Assembly (NCBI RefSeq): GCF_015852565.1
Contig: NC_136205.1
Location: 3,002,707-3,066,706, forward strand
Origin: Branchiostoma floridae
Taxonomy: Eukaryota
DNA: 64,000 nucleotides
Direction: 5' to 3'
Part shown: piece by piece, positions 21,401 through 35,503 of the stretch
How positions within the stretch are numbered: position 1 is the first letter of the stretch
Layout: each line of letters begins with the position of its first letter
The notes under the pieces: model-generated
Told to the model about the DNA's origin: nothing
The model's database searches: none
Seen by the model: only the letters and a program-made list of their open reading frames with translations
Made by a program: the position numbers and the translations under genes

Positions 21401-24400
21401 CTGTCTGATATAGGAAACAACAGCAGTCATTTTCATGTGCATTTTATCAACTCTATACCCTACGCAATGCAGAGAGTGCAAGTTAAGGCCAGTAGCGTTG
21501 ACTTAATTAGTTCAATAATGTTTACATTGTTCTAGAGTTGTAAAGGAATGAAGCTGTATGTTTAAAGTACATATTATGTTCTTTCAGTCTGTAATAATTA
21601 TAATTACAAATTTTACATCAAGTCTTTTTAATTTCTAATTGTTATATGAAACTTCAAAGATGCTGCATAAAGGGACAACAACTAACAACTCGGGCCCAAG
21701 CTACATGTATGTTATTATACAGCCTGAATGCTCATCACCTGGTCTCAGTACTGAACATGCATTGCAAACTTTAGCAGCACGCTCAAATGTACAGTTAAGA
21801 CTGACCTACAGGAAGTAATAGTTTGACCTACAGGAAGTGAAAAAAAGGTTGACCCCGGGAATGTGAACATGAAGTCAGGAAAGACCTGCTTAAACTGGTG
21901 TGAAATTATCAACTCTTATCAATAAGAAACTGATGGCAAGTGTTGGAATAAAATTTGATTATAATATTGGAAATGCCTTGTACAAGAACACTAACTTTCA
22001 CTATGTCATAACATACATTTTGTAATGATACAAATGTAGCAACGTCAACTTAACAATTTAAGAACATGTATAAGCACAATATACAAATATGATACAAGAG
22101 GCTTTTAAACATAAATGCTGTAACATCTTAAAAAGAACTTAGAGCTCCATTTCAAGAGGGGTCCCATGTTTTGTAAATTTCTTTGATAATGATAATGTTC
22201 AACATTTATACTTTGGTGTAATCACAATGGAAGTGAAATCAATTGTTCAACATAAACAATGATCTTTCCTTTGTTTTGTCATTGATAGTTTTCATCATTA
22301 CATTTCAACAAAACAGGCAAGCATAATAAGAATCAAAATCAGCTTCATTTGTGATAACATACTGAACTAAGAGAACTCTGTACTATTAGAGTTCAATAAC
22401 TTCAACCTTTAAGAAAACACAACTAGCCGTAACTAACTTCAAATGACTAACTCAAGGGGTCAACCGCATAGTTACACTATATAACTTCCTGATGGATGTA
22501 AAATGGTACCAGGTCTAGCCATGGTATCTCTATTTTCATGAAAAATTATAAAGATCTGTCTAATATGAAACTGAAGTCAAAACCGTAGAAGAAATCCCCT
22601 TGGGCTATTCCATATTGGAAAATCAGGCAGGGGGGCATGTTAAAAAAGTTGTCTTTAATGAGTTGATATTCAGTTCCTTGTACATCTGTATGACTTAAAT
22701 TTCCCTTGATTTATGATTCTTGTCCCCCTTGCACTGATTGAATGGAGTAGCCCACAGTGTATGTGCCTGTCACCGATAGTGATATTAATGTATGCTCGCC
22801 AAATGTGTATAGTATAAGACTTTATACATTGTGTGGGTTGTTGCTGACATAGATTTCTAATACCCAACACTACCAGGTGGTTTCAGTGATGTTGGTAATT
22901 ATTCAAGTACCTTCAAGTTCTTTTAAACTGGAGATAACCTGTTATTGATTTCATGCTGTCGTTTTGTGTAGCCTATAATTATCCAAGATTGACGTTAAAA
23001 GGATACATACAGCCCTCTCTCCTATGGAGTTGCCAAAAATAGAGATGATTATCATAAGAGGATCATCTCGGATATGTTAACAGAAAGTCCAACTTTTTAT
23101 TAAGAAAAAACTAGCACACAAGAAAACTACTACAATCTCCCTGAATACTGTCTTCAGGTTGGTAAGTCGGTAGACAACAAGTTCTCTGTACACAGTCATT
23201 GCTTTAATACAGTAACCAAAATCTTTTGTAGGTATAAATGCACTGGCTGTGTACAGATATTTTTGTTACCTACCACAATCGACCACAGAATGACAAATTT
23301 TCTACCTCTTCTTTCTACAAAGTAACGCACACTAAATGTAACCTTCTTGGTCTATGTGCTCAAAGCACCTTCAATTATTAGCAAATTTCGATCATGTTTT
23401 GACTATATGTCATACAACAATAGTTATATTATTGCAATTCTATCAGCACCACAGCTGTAGTGCTTTCTCACCACTTATTGTTTTCTTTTTCTAAAGCCAA
23501 ATAACACTTAGGAAGGCCTGTTTTGCAACTTAATGTCTTCTTTTAGGCTTTTTGTATAATTGTGACATACTGAAAAGAGTTTGTTAATGAATAACATTTT
23601 CTTGAAAGATATGAAAAACTGATTTGTTGCTTATGGGGAGATGTAATGTTTTTGTTCTGTCCAAATTGTACATAAATATACATTTTAGTCCAGAACATTT
23701 GAAAAAACAATGTAGTATCACTTACTCTAGTTATTTCTGTAATAGAAATTCAAGATGAATGTTGTATGGTGATGATTTGTATGATATGTAAAACGCTTTG
23801 TAAATTTTCTTGTTTCTTATTCATAATGACAAGTCCCTCTTTAATGTTTGTGTACGTAACTCCTTTTGCTTCTCGCAATTAAATGGCACAATTCCTTGTT
23901 TGTATATATCTGTATGTACATCTTAGTAACGATTTGGAAAGTGTGTTAAGTTGACGGTACAAGAAGGAAAAAAGGAAGGCGTTAAGCTCTTGTGAGTAGA
24001 AGTCGTGATTTTTCTTTGTTCAGTGGCCATTTACTGTTAGAATTGGTTTTACAATTCGAAATACCATTGTTTGCTGTTGGTACATGCTACTAGTATCTGT
24101 TTTAATGCCCTGGTAGAAAATAATACATATCATATTCATAAGATCAGAAACTTTCATTCATATACTATCAATACCCCCATACCTTTTAGGTCCTTAGCTG
24201 TGCAATGATACATGTCATTTTTAGACCTCTTTACAAAAATCGTGTTTGATAACTAAGTTGTTGTGAAGTCTGCGTTTTGTCTTGCATATCAAGCTTTTCA
24301 TATACAACAAATTGAAGACACTGCCAAGTCCTTTCGTAATGTTTGTAAAATCTGATAACATTTTACAAAATATTGTTTCAACATTTCATTCTCATATAAG

Positions 24401-26464
24401 TCACGGCTTATGCCAGTAGATGTTTGTTGAAAGAATATGTTGGTCTTGCTGATTTTGTATATGATTGTATAGGTGTTGAGGTGTAGGCTAACAGACATGT
24501 AAGACTGCTGTGCAAGGGCTATTCAGATGAAGGTGTGTGATACTGAAGAAAAACGTCTTAACCCACTCATCCATATATAATAGGGGGAAGACTACAATGT
24601 GTCAGAATTGGTGATCCAACTTGTAGGGGTTGTGATCTGAGTCCCTGTTGACAGAGGTTCGATAAGGTAATCTCCAAGCAGATCCTAAGCTAGCATAAGG
24701 TAGTAACAAAAGCTGGGAGAGGAGTCAAGCCGGCCTAGGGTGCCAGTCTGCACGACTCCCTTTGGCCAGCTATATATACTCCTTGGCAAGCTTGGATACT
24801 GTCTTATGACACCATAGGATCTGCCTGGAGATTAATTGCCAGTACAGTTGACAACTCTATCAGTATGATTGGCAATTGTACCAGCAGTTATCCCAATTGG
24901 AGTATCTGTCAACAGACTGTATCTGATCACCATCACTACCTGTAGACTTGCCAATTCTGCCCAATTGCAGTCTCCACCGTAACATATGCTTGTACCTAAC
25001 ATATACAATCATGCATAAATGCTTCTTACTTTCACTACAATGTTTTCTCAACTTGTATTCTGACAATGTAAGAAGAAGTTGACTTAACCTACCCAGTGGT
25101 GACACATCACACTATCTAGTGAATAACGAAAACCAGTACATGCATTGTTTTGGTGAAATACTCCGTTATGGATCCTTCTGATTGTATTGTACATGTACAT
25201 GTAATTACATAATGTGTATGATTTTTTTTTCTTTCTGAAACTGTAAAACAATTTTATCTACTTGTGTACAGACGTGGTTCAAATATGCTGCCTTGAGGGA
25301 CACAGTGCCAGCTGAAGTTTTCACTAAAAGAATTATCAATGGCAATTAATAATAGCATTGTATGATGTATAAGTTAAACTTTGACATTTGATATAATCTA
25401 CATTGTATGAAGTACAAAGTCATAATTCAATCTGCATATTTGAACCACTTGCGTCTAAGACAATTTGGTTTATGATTGTTTAATATTTTCGTTTTATGAT
25501 AACTGTGTACAGTGATATTCTTCTCAATGCTATTAAAAAAAACCTATGTTAAATATAAGCTTTGTATTATTCCTTTCTCCAAAATGTAAACCAATGTAGG
25601 TTGACTTGGATCATTTAAACGTGTATAAATTGTAAAAGATGGAAAATGAAATGACTCCAGAATGGATTGTAAACATGACTGTATTAAATGTTTGTGGGCA
25701 ACAACATGTGTTTTTTTGTTGGTCGCTTGCTTTTGTCGATAACATTGTTCCCGTATATACCGTTGGCAATGTCATTTTTATCTTGGAGGCTTCAATTCTT
25801 ATAGTGTACAAACAAATGTATCCATACTCCTAGTAGATTTGTTGTTTTTGTCAAGAATGAAATGTAGTAGTGACATTTCTATTTAGACAAGTATTTGGAA
25901 TTTTGTTCGTCGTCAATTGTACTCAAGAACAGTTGTTGCAAATTTGGCAAACAGCAGAAAATTGATGCGCGCTTGGAACCCATCCTTAAATCGATGTTGA
26001 TGACCGGACAGAGAGCAAACATAAGGGATGATACATATATTTTAACACATTTTCTTACATAAGAACATCGGCAAGCAAAAAGGTGAACGCCGAATTTCGC
26101 CATGGATAGTCGTGACTGGAAACACGTATTTTGCTTTTATCTGAGTGTGGATATAAGTGCAAGAGTTAACATAGCGCTGAACTCTGAACGTCCCACTCTA
26201 CTATTACACTTTGGGCACCAGGTCTCTGTCAAGACCACTTGGGGGATTAGCTAAAACTCGCAGTGTGTTGTCTGAAGTGGTCATTGATACAGTTCCTCAG
26301 AAAAACGGAAACGTCGCGTGTTCTTAAACCACCGGTGCCCCTTTCTTCTGGATTATCGAAATGCATCAGATAGGATTATGATTACTGTAACCATTGTGCA
26401 CTGTTTCTGTATCAGATAATTATCACAAAGCAGCGTGTGCATGTCCCTGTAGCTCATCTGGAAG

Positions 26465-26900
26465 TAGCCTCACTAGGGCTGGGTACTGGTACAGAAAATT
26501 CAGGTCCAGGTCCGGTTCAGGTCCAAAGGATCAGGTCCAGGTCCGGACCTGAACTTGGACCTGATGCAGTATGACTCATACCAATGGTCCATATCACTAC
26601 AAAGAAATCTGTTTGGTGGAGTATTAGACTTACACTGGCGTTTTAAAATCCTACAACGCTAACTGCACCTGTACAATTGGCTGTAAAACTTGGTAGAAAT
26701 TACTATAAACTCTACACTACTTCGCTCTTGTTATTTTCTTCCACCTGCAAGTGCCAAAACGTGTGAATGCCTGATAAAATAATCTGTTAATTTTCTAATC
26801 GGTCCAACATCCGGTCAACCTAATTTTTTCAGGTCCGGTTTTTCTGGACCGGTCCAATAAGAAAAACCGGTTTTGTACCGGTAAGCCCTAAGCCTCACCG
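26465..26900 (+). mobile_element. MITE (~435 bp) with TIR CTAGGGCTGGGTAC.GGTAC and an internal palindrome GGTCCAGGTCCGGTTCAGGTCC...GGACCTGAACTTGGACC. This is copy 1 of 3.
   Basis: Near-identical copies at 31067-31500 (inverted) and 33637-34075. Confidence 0.8.
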
Positions 26901-27117
26901 TTGAGCTTTTGGTTCCAATTAGTTGATAGGCCCCGGTTAAACCCTGGATAGGACATCTGGGTTGGGGCTGCACCCGGCCCGGGACGTAAAATGGGAGTCC
27001 CGTGCCATGTGAGGTGCATTCAGCACGCTAAACGGGAAGGGCTGTAAGGTCTAGGTCCCAATTCCCAACCCGGCGCCCGGCCGGATAGCTTTCGGAAACG
27101 AAAAATATGACGAGAAA

Positions 27118-27120
27118 GGC

Positions 27121-27160
<40 letters not shown>
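27118..27160. repeat. (CA)n microsatellite
   Basis: acacacac... run. Confidence 0.95.
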
Positions 27161-27161
<1 letters not shown>

Positions 27162-27619
27162 CTTTAAAACATAGTCATAGTATATTTTGTGTATATTCCT
27201 CAGTAAACACTTTTATTTTTTGTTTCCGCAAACATCCTGGCCGGGTCCCGTTTCAGAAATGGCACCCAAGCCTTAACTTACAGGAACAGTACTGAAACCT
27301 GCTCACCAATGTGCCACTACAAGGGGAAGTTTACTACAAATGTGTCAAGGGCAAGTCCATTCTCGCGCCTGGCGGTCAAAGTTGTCAACAAAGTAGTTGA
27401 CCTGTCAAAGATAATGATGACGAATTAGACACTTCAACCTGATGAGTCACGTAATATTTACTGATCCAAACGGCAACGTTTATTGCACTCCTCTGTTTTA
27501 AGTCTTTCATCTTAGCCGCTGATTGATAGGACCTGACGTTACAAACGTCAAGAGATAACGTCGTCTGACATTGGATAAAGGATTAAGGTTTTGAATGCTC
27601 AAAGATCAACAAGTTTTTT

Positions 27620-28075
27620 GTAGTTAAAGGGGAATTCCACCACAGAAGCGAGTGGTATTTTCTGATAGATTATATCTAATATGCAAATTCAACCGACTTT
27701 GGGCTAAATAACCTCACTGTCTTTTCGGCGAAAATAATTTTCTAGATCTAAGTACCCCCATACGGATCCGCTTCTAATGTACTGTGCCGAATATGATTTT
27801 GCCCACTTCCCTCGCACTTTCTTGCCAAGGGTAGTCGGGGTAAGCTTTACGAAGCAGTTTAGTGACTATCCCACATTCAAGCTAAGGAAATACAGAAAAG
27901 TTTTAACACTATCCCATCTTGGGATACAGAGATTTGGGCACTTAAGTATAAGACGTTGAAAGTACTAGTATAGGTCAACGCAAAATGGCTGCGCCAAAAC
28001 TCCTTGTCTGACTGTATGACCGACGTCGGGAACAATTTCCCGCTTCTGGGGTGGAATACCCCTTTAACAAGAAGT
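27620..28075. mobile_element. MITE with ~35 bp TIRs (TTGTAGTTAAAGGGGAATTCCACCACAGAAGCGAG / its reverse complement)
   Basis: 27622-27658 is the reverse complement of 28040-28075. Confidence 0.65.
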
Positions 28076-28559
28076 TGGTTTTCCTTGGAAAGCTAAGGGC
28101 GGATTTGCCAAACAAACAAAGTCATTATCTGGCTTATTTGGATAGGATAAAGATTACAGGATTTGCGGTTGTAAGCTTGGATTTCTGTTCTGTGGTAGGA
28201 TTAAGGGTTTAGGATTTATGTATTGATCTATTTGTCCCTGTGTGTGGCACAAGCGCTAGCGGTACCTCAACCTCGCCGTTTGGCCGTTTGGATCAAACTC
28301 CGTGGATTCGTAGGCCTGAGTTCGACCCCAGACTCGGACATGTTGTAAGGGATTGTATTCGTTATTTCCGATGGTGACGTAAAGCCAGAGGCCCGGTTAT
28401 TGAGGGACCGTACGCCCCAAGCGTTAAACATCTGTACGTAAAAGAACCCAACACACTTACCTCTCAAATGTAAGCCGATTAGCATTAAAAAATATAAATT
28501 TCTAGTTCTAAATCTTTAGTTCAGTTTCTAAAATAACTATCAGGAAGTGCAATTAATCT

Positions 28560-29029
28560 TAGTCTGAAAAAACAACGTGTACAACAACACGTCTGCTTGG
28601 TGATCATGCCCTACCCAGCACTGCAATAGTACTGGCGCCGTCATCCTCTCCTGTTGCCACGCTCCACCGCCTCGCGAAGAGGCCGCACGAGAGGCACCAA
28701 CCTTTTCACGGGCAGCCACGAGAGGTGGCGGCTTTTCACCCCAACACGGATCTTTGCTCTTCACTCAAGTGACGCTGCAATCAAGTAATATATGTTTTTT
28801 CCACCGTATCACCGTATCAGGCATTAGCAGAAACTACAAGACAACCAGACTCTTTTACCACAGCGAAAGAAGTCAAAACAACACCTCTGGTTAAAGAAGA
28901 CCAACATCTTGGACTGTTTGGAACGTCGTGCGAGTTTTCGAAAGATTTCTTGGCGAGGGAGCTGGTGAAAAACCTGGTTTACGATTGTTGGAATCTAACT
29001 CAATCTAATCTGGACTTCTGGCGTCCGCC
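28560..29029 (+). promoter_or_regulatory. CpG-rich putative promoter/5' UTR of the EGF-kringle membrane protein gene
   Basis: Locally GC/CpG-rich (CGCCTCGCGAAGAGGCCGCACGAGAGG...) immediately 5' of a Kozak ATG (gccATGg) at 29030. There is no transcript evidence. Confidence 0.35.
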
Positions 29030-29132
29030 ATGGATGGTAAAGAGAAATACAAGATGGTGCGGAGATGTTTCTCGGTTGGATCCATCACGAAGATCTTGCT
29101 CTGTTTTACTTTCTTGGTGATTTCAAGAAGAG
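29030..29132 (+). CDS. EGF-kringle membrane protein, exon 1 (MDGKEKYKMVRRCFSVGSITKILLCFTFLVISRR), candidate signal peptide
   Basis: ATG in Kozak context with a hydrophobic core, then donor G|GTGAGT at 29133. The exit phase (1) matches the entry phase of exon 2 at 34273. Confidence 0.5.
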
Positions 29133-31066
29133 GTGAGTAGATTTTATTTGTTATCGCTTTTAAGATTTGACCATGAGAATGCAGTAGACTACTTGCGTCA
29201 CGTTTAGCGCCTTGTTACGTACGTCGTACGATAGTCGCACGATCACAAATTGGTGACGTTCTTGGGATAAACGTGTACGTGCTGTGGGAAATTCAAATGC
29301 CTTGTTACGAGAAAGGTTGTCTTTAGTTAGATCATAGGACATAAAACCTGCTCTTCAAAAGATGTATTCAGTGCCACTGACGAAAGATAGTTGCTGCTAC
29401 CCTAAACGTCTGACCGCCTACAAAAACTATATACAGTTAAGTAATTGCTATTTGGCATATCTTATCACCTGTATGTCTTGCACCAACGTTGTCTTATATC
29501 CCTATATCCTTGTCTTCGGCTGGTTCTGTCACAGCCAGCTTGAAAAGTCTACGACATCAACATCATACGACATGCGAATATGGCAGCGCCGTTGATTTAA
29601 AGGCATACATGATAAGAGATATCACAGAAGCGGTGCAAAGTGTTGTATTTATCTATTATGTGGTGCTTGCATGTCCATGAAAAAGATTGTTAACGTCTTT
29701 GTGCTTCCTTGTAAAAATGTAACGGGAATGGTAGTGGCAAGCGTACACAAAATTGTTCCGAAGAATCAAAGCAATGACCGTACTGATAGTGGAATGTTTT
29801 AAGAATATGCTTATACTACTCCATTTGCTTGTTTTAGCCGACATAGAGTTGCGGGCCTAAAATCCTGACACATTCAGTTTACATTGACCTAAAAATTTGA
29901 CAACCATGGTATGTCAGTTAACATGAAGACGGATTACCCGTTGTTATTTGTCACAGTTTGACAGGCATGGCAGCCACGTATTCAATCAGACGTCACGAAG
30001 TCGACATCAAAAAGGCCAGCCATATAGAAAATATCCTTTTCATGATTTTAGACCTGATTGGGCGGATCTTTTTAAAGTTTTTTAAGGTTTGTATATCTTT
30101 AGTACGTCTGACTTGATTACATTGATTTTTTAAAAACCAATTGAAGTATCAATTTTGACTGTAGGTTTTGTTTTCCTAGGATTGTTCCTAAGAAAAAGAC
30201 AAATGTATAGAGTGAACATGATATGATATGATACACACAAACATACATTAAAAAACGAAGGTATCAAACGCTTGTACAAATTTCCTCCCAGATTCCATTG
30301 GACGTCGGTAAAGATGAAACGAATTCCTAGCGGTGCATCAGGGTCTCTGCACACAATGGTTAAGGCAATCTTGGTGGGGCGAATTTGTACAAAAAGGAAG
30401 TACAGTACATATACCATTACATTGAATACAGTATTCATGAGCTTTTTCCGGACTGTGAGACATGAACTTAAAACCAGACCATGAGAGGCGTTGTACATGC
30501 TAGCTGCCAAGATGTTACCGACCTTAAATACCCAAAATGTCCCGTTAACGTTTGACGCTTTTTTCAATGTTTTTGTTTTCATCTCAATGACTTGTATCCT
30601 CGAAGCATAATGACTATGCAACAATCTAGACTTAAAAGAAAGGTTCCATTTGACCTCCTGATATTTTTATTTATCAAGGGGATTGTGAACAAGAAAGATT
30701 TATTGCTTTCTTTTACGGCAAGATAAGAAGAGTATAATCCAAACGTAATCCTCTTCATCTACAGGAAAGTGTCCTCATGTGTTTACAAAACGCGCCATTT
30801 TGTTTACTGGAATGTGAGCATCAAAGTACATAAGTACTTCAATGATTCAGTCGTTACACGTTTTACCATTGGTTACTAGCAATGGCAAAGTCATCATTTG
30901 CAAAAAAAAATGATTGTGGCTGCCTTGACGTCTCAATACCAATAAGCGAATTACTTGCAAAGTGTATACATGTAATGTTGTGTACAAATGTGGTGGCATG
31001 CATATGCAGAACAAGGTGGCATATCTGAAAGTAATGTTGCAGCCCGTTCTGTGTCCTTAATGTGTG

Positions 31067-31500
31067 GCTATTAGGGCTGGGTATCGGTACAGCGTACCGG
31101 TACAAAACCGGTTTTTCTTATTGGACCGGTCCAGAAAAACCTTACCTGAAAAAATTAGGTGGACCGGATGTTGGACCGATTAGAAAATTAACAGATTATT
31201 TTATCAGGCATTCACACGTTTTGGCGCTTGCAGGTGGAAGAAAATAACAAGAGTGAAGTAGAATGGAGTTTATAGTAATTTCTACCAAGTTTTACAGTCA
31301 ATCGTACAGATGCAGTTAGCGTTGTAGGGTTTTAAAACGCCAGTGTAAGTCTAATACTCCACCAAACAGATGTCTTTGTAGTGAAATGGACCATTGGCAT
31401 GAGTCATACTGAATCAGGTCCGGGTTCAGGTCCGAACCTGGACCTGATCCTTTGGACCTGAACCGGACCTGGACCTGAATTTTCTGTACCGGTACCCACC
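31067..31500 (-). mobile_element. MITE copy 2 (inverted orientation), flanked by a (GTTT)n microsatellite at 31570-31600
   Basis: Reverse complement of 26465-26900 and 33637-34075. Confidence 0.8.
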
Positions 31501-32559
31501 CCTAGTGGCTATAGTCATTTTAAGAATGTAGATTCTGAAGTAATTTTTCACCTAGTTCAAGGCGTAGGTATTGTTTTCGTTCTTTTGTTTGTTTGTTTGT
31601 TTGTTTGAAGTGATATGTGTTGAACATTGTTTCTGCTGGCCCGGCTCCAAGTTTGTTCCCGGGATGAGTTGTAACCAGAGACTAACAGGATGCGAAGACT
31701 GATCTGGCCTACTTCAGAATGTCTTAAGAAGGCAGGAAGTGAACACATGGCCAAAAGTTGGGAACCCGAGGAGGGCATGTACCCGAGAGTGTAGAATGAA
31801 ATGTGTAAATTAAACGAGGTTGTGCAATATTTTTCAAGAAATTAACAAAATCTTTCTGCTATTCATTTGTGTGTGATGTGTACAAAAAAAGTGGAATAGA
31901 GGGTGATCACCCGAAAGTAAGTCGTTGTAATCAGATCTGTGTTCTTAACGTGTGGCTACTGTCATTTGAACACTTTAGGCATGATTTGTTGATTTGCGGA
32001 GTGGTGTACAGGGTCCTTCATTTTCTGGTACTCTCTTTACCTCAATGGCTTTCATGACTCATCGATGGACCCTCAGACGGGGTCTTGTTTATGTGTTGCC
32101 ATAGCAACGGCGCCATAAGGGAGCCAGGCATAAGAGTGCTTCCTGTCACCCTAAGAAATTATAATACTGATTAATGTATATATTTTCCTGCTTTTTTGGT
32201 ACTTCCTTATAATCATCGCTCTTTGCGGCAACATGAATGATTTCCAAAACCATATCCAGTTGCTTGTCAATGAGTAACTACTATTTGTCGTAAAAGCTAT
32301 AGATGCCCAACGTTCATCGACGTATGAAAAAATTCTCTTTTCTCCACTAGCTGGAAACAAGACTCATCTTTTGATAAGTCTAGAAGTATTTTTAAATGAA
32401 GACCTATGGTCAAGTATATATATGACTCCAGTTTATTGTATGTATTTTTTAATATGTGAATATTAGGGAAAGCTATATTTCTTGCCGGTTTACAAAAGAC
32501 TTATAATAGATTACGAAGATTTCCTCCTGACCCTTATAGAAAGTCTTTGGTCGTTGACA

Positions 32560-33050
32560 AATGTCCTAAAATATCTAAGTCTTCAAATCTATGTTCAGAA
32601 CTGTTACTAAAACTACCACAGCCCACTAACGAGGAAAGGATTATCTAGTATCGAAAAGAAGCATCGGACTTACAAATCCCCAGTCATGTTCAAAACAAAT
32701 CCTTTAGAAATATCATTACGAAACTAAGAATTAGTGCCCACTCCCTACAAATCGAAAAGGGTAGACATCACAACACACCAGCCAATGAGAGACTGTGTCC
32801 AACATGCCATGATAATATTGAAAATGAATCCCACTTTATAATGGATTGTCCAACTTATGACAGAGAGAGACAAAAAATGTTACAGTCTATTAAATGCAAA
32901 TCTGATACTATGTTACCACCTACCAAGACAGAAATGTTCAATATGTTACTATCATGTCCTGCTGATATATCTGCCTATGTCGGTCAATTTATATATAACT
33001 CATTTAAAAAACATGACAATATTATATACCAGCACATAATGATAGCCTGA
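32560..33050 (+). mobile_element. 3'-terminal fragment of a non-LTR retrotransposon ORF2 (C-terminal CCHC motif: ...IITKLRISAHSLQIEKGRHHNTPANERLCPTCHDNIENESHFIMDCPTYDRERQ...)
   Basis: The conceptual translation matches the conserved LINE ORF2 C-terminal Cys/His motif. It sits inside intron 1 of the EGF-kringle gene. Confidence 0.6.
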
Positions 33051-33636
33051 TTGTAAATATTATATACCATGTGTAAAATAGATTAGTCTCTTAGATTTTT
33101 AGATACTAGTAATTCATGTAGTGTTCTGTTCTGTATGTATTGTATGTACAAGTTGCCAAACACTGTATCCTCTACAGTTGTGCAATAAAGTTCTTCTTCT
33201 TCTTCTGTTCATTGTACGACCGTAGTACAATCACAATCTCGGGTCATTGTTATGATAGTCTTGCAGACATATGTCATATAGCAAACTTCAGCTGTCTTGT
33301 TAAGGACTCTGTCTTGTCTTCCTTGTCGGCGGTTGATTTTGTCACTGCTTGAAAAATTCCATTATAGCAAAATTGTAAAACGGCTATAGCTAATGACGAA
33401 TTTGACCGCGAATAGAGTCTTGACCCTTAGTTTTGATCTCTCCCTCCTCAGACCCTGCCCTGACCGTTGTGAACCAGAGCCCGCTGATGAAAATATTATA
33501 CGGCATAATTATGTACTATTGTGTGTAAGTAGCTTGATAAAAGGCTACGAGGAAAATATTTTGTATTTTTGTGAAAATATTGCCTTTCTAGTATTGGCTT
33601 TTTTTAGAAATAGATACCTGACCATTAGTCTTAACT

Positions 33637-34075
33637 AGGGGTGGGTACACCGGTACAGAAAATTCAGGTCCAGGTCCGGTTCAGGTCCAGATGATCAGGT
33701 CCAGGTCCGGACCTGAACCTGGACCTGATTCAGTATGACTCATACCAATGGTCCATTTCACTACAAAGAAATCTGTTTGGTGGAGTATTAGACTTACACT
33801 CAGCGTTTTCAAACCCTACAACGCTACCTGCACCTGTACGATTGGCTTTAAAACTTGGTAGAAATTACTATAAATTCTACTCTACTTCACCCTTGTTATT
33901 TTCTTCCACCTGCAAGCGCCAAAACGTGTGAATGCCTGTTAAAATAATCTGTTAATGTTCTAATCGGTCCAACATCCGGTCCACCTAATTTTTTCAGGTC
34001 CGGTTTTTCTGGACCGGTCCAATAAGAAAAATCGGTTTTGTACCGGTACGCTGTACCGATACCCAGCCCTAGTCT
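33637..34075 (+). mobile_element. MITE copy 3, followed by a (CAAA)n microsatellite at 34196-34250, immediately upstream of EGF-kringle gene exon 2
   Basis: Same family. The MITE plus spacer plus microsatellite unit is an inverted duplicate of 31067-31600. Confidence 0.8.
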
Positions 34076-34272
34076 TAACCATGCCCTCCCCAGACCCTGT
34101 CGTGGCGCGTTGTATTTCATCTGACCCTTAGCTTCCTCATGACCTCAATAAGAAAACGGTCTTCATGCCAATTAGAGATTCTCATGAATGAATAAAGGTT
34201 CAAACAAACAAACAAACAAACAAACAAACAAACAAACAAACAAACAAACAATCTTGACCTTGCCCTCCCCAG

Positions 34273-34399
34273 ACCCTGCCCTGGCGCTGACCGTGGTGAA
34301 CCAGAGCCCGCTGATGGACCCCATCAACACGTCATACATCAAGTGTGTCACGGATGAGCCGGGCGAGTTCGTCACCTTCTCGGCTGTGGACGAGTTCGC
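34273..34399 (+). CDS. EGF-kringle membrane protein, exon 2 (DPALALTVVNQSPLMDPINTSYIKCVTDEPGEFVTFSAVDEFA)
   Basis: Acceptor ctccccAG and donor GC|GTGAGT. Phase consistent on both sides. Confidence 0.65.
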
Positions 34400-34807
34400 G
34401 TGAGTTTTGTCTAATTTTCTTCAATGTTGTGGTACATCTCGTGATGGTTTCAAGCCACACACTGTTTGTTTTGCTATTACTATGATTGTTGCCAATGTGT
34501 GTCGGCGCTCTTTTGAATACGATAATCTCATTAAAACCGGTTTTTCAAGGTCTCAATGGCAACATTTACTACTTTGTAGTGTCATAGAGAAAATTAATTT
34601 TCGCGGTTTTCACGACGATTGGAATTGGCTGACGGAAAAAAAATTCGAGCTGGCTAAAGCCCTGGTTTCATATTTAGGTCATTAAAAACATAACAAGCCC
34701 CCTCTAGCACTGCATCTCGTGAAGAAATGATGGTTTTGAAATGTACTTCCATCCCGGAGGCGTCGCCAAAAATAATAGCCTCCTCGTTCTTTTCCCGCCT
34801 TCAACAG

Positions 34808-34968
34808 ACTTCCCCAGAACGCCAGCACAGACGACATCAGCCCTGAGGAGTGGCCCGGGAAGATGATGGTCCTGCCGCCCCACCCTGACGACGGGTACAA
34901 CCGACTGGGCACGTACAACTGCGCCTCCTTCACGGCAAGCATCAACACTGTCAAGATGCCGGCCGATG
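34808..34968 (+). CDS. EGF-kringle membrane protein, exon 3 (LPQNASTDDISPEEWPGKMMVLPPHPDDGYNRLGTYNCASFTASINTVKMPADG), start of the Ig-like domain
   Basis: Acceptor cttcaacAG and donor G|GTACGT. Phase 2-in and 1-out. Confidence 0.7.
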
Positions 34969-35054
34969 GTACGTTCAATCTTCAGCAGAAATTTGACAAT
35001 AACGTTTACTTGATTACTACGTGGGGTAACCGGAAACATCCACATAACGTCTGG

Positions 35055-35110
35055 TGTGTGTGTGTGTTTGTGTGTGTGAGTGTGAGTGTGTGTCTGTGTG
35101 AGTTTGTGTA
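35055..35110. repeat. (GT)n/(GTGTGA)n microsatellite
   Basis: gtgtgtgtgtgtttgtgtgtgtgagtgtgagtgtgtgtctgtgtgag. Confidence 0.9.
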
Positions 35111-35503
35111 AATTACGAAAACTGCAATTACCTTCATGCATTTTCTAAATTAACCTGACAACAACCAGGTTTAACCATCCAATATGGCGGACGACAATTA
35201 TGTCATAATGATGTGGGTGCAAACACGTGTAGGTCTATGTTATATTAGATTGTAGACCTTCTAGATGGTAGCGTGTGTAGCCAAGTTGTTTGCGGCCCTG
35301 CCTCTGGAACTGGATACCGTGAGTTCAATTCCGGTGGGTGTTGATATAAAAGCTGTGGTCCACTGTTCATTGTGCTTGTGGAAAAGAGACAGGCTGTTTC
35401 GCCAATACAATGAATCTGTACATATTGTACATAGCGTATCTGTCACAATTATTCATCTTTACAGAAAATTGAACATAACGTTACTCTGTGATTATTTCTA
35501 CAG

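Noticed and set aside
30130-30624. A 164-aa minus-strand ORF in intron 1 of the EGF-kringle gene.
   Set aside because: AT-rich, low-complexity hydrophobic translation with no motif and no splice context. It is expected by chance in AT-rich intron sequence.
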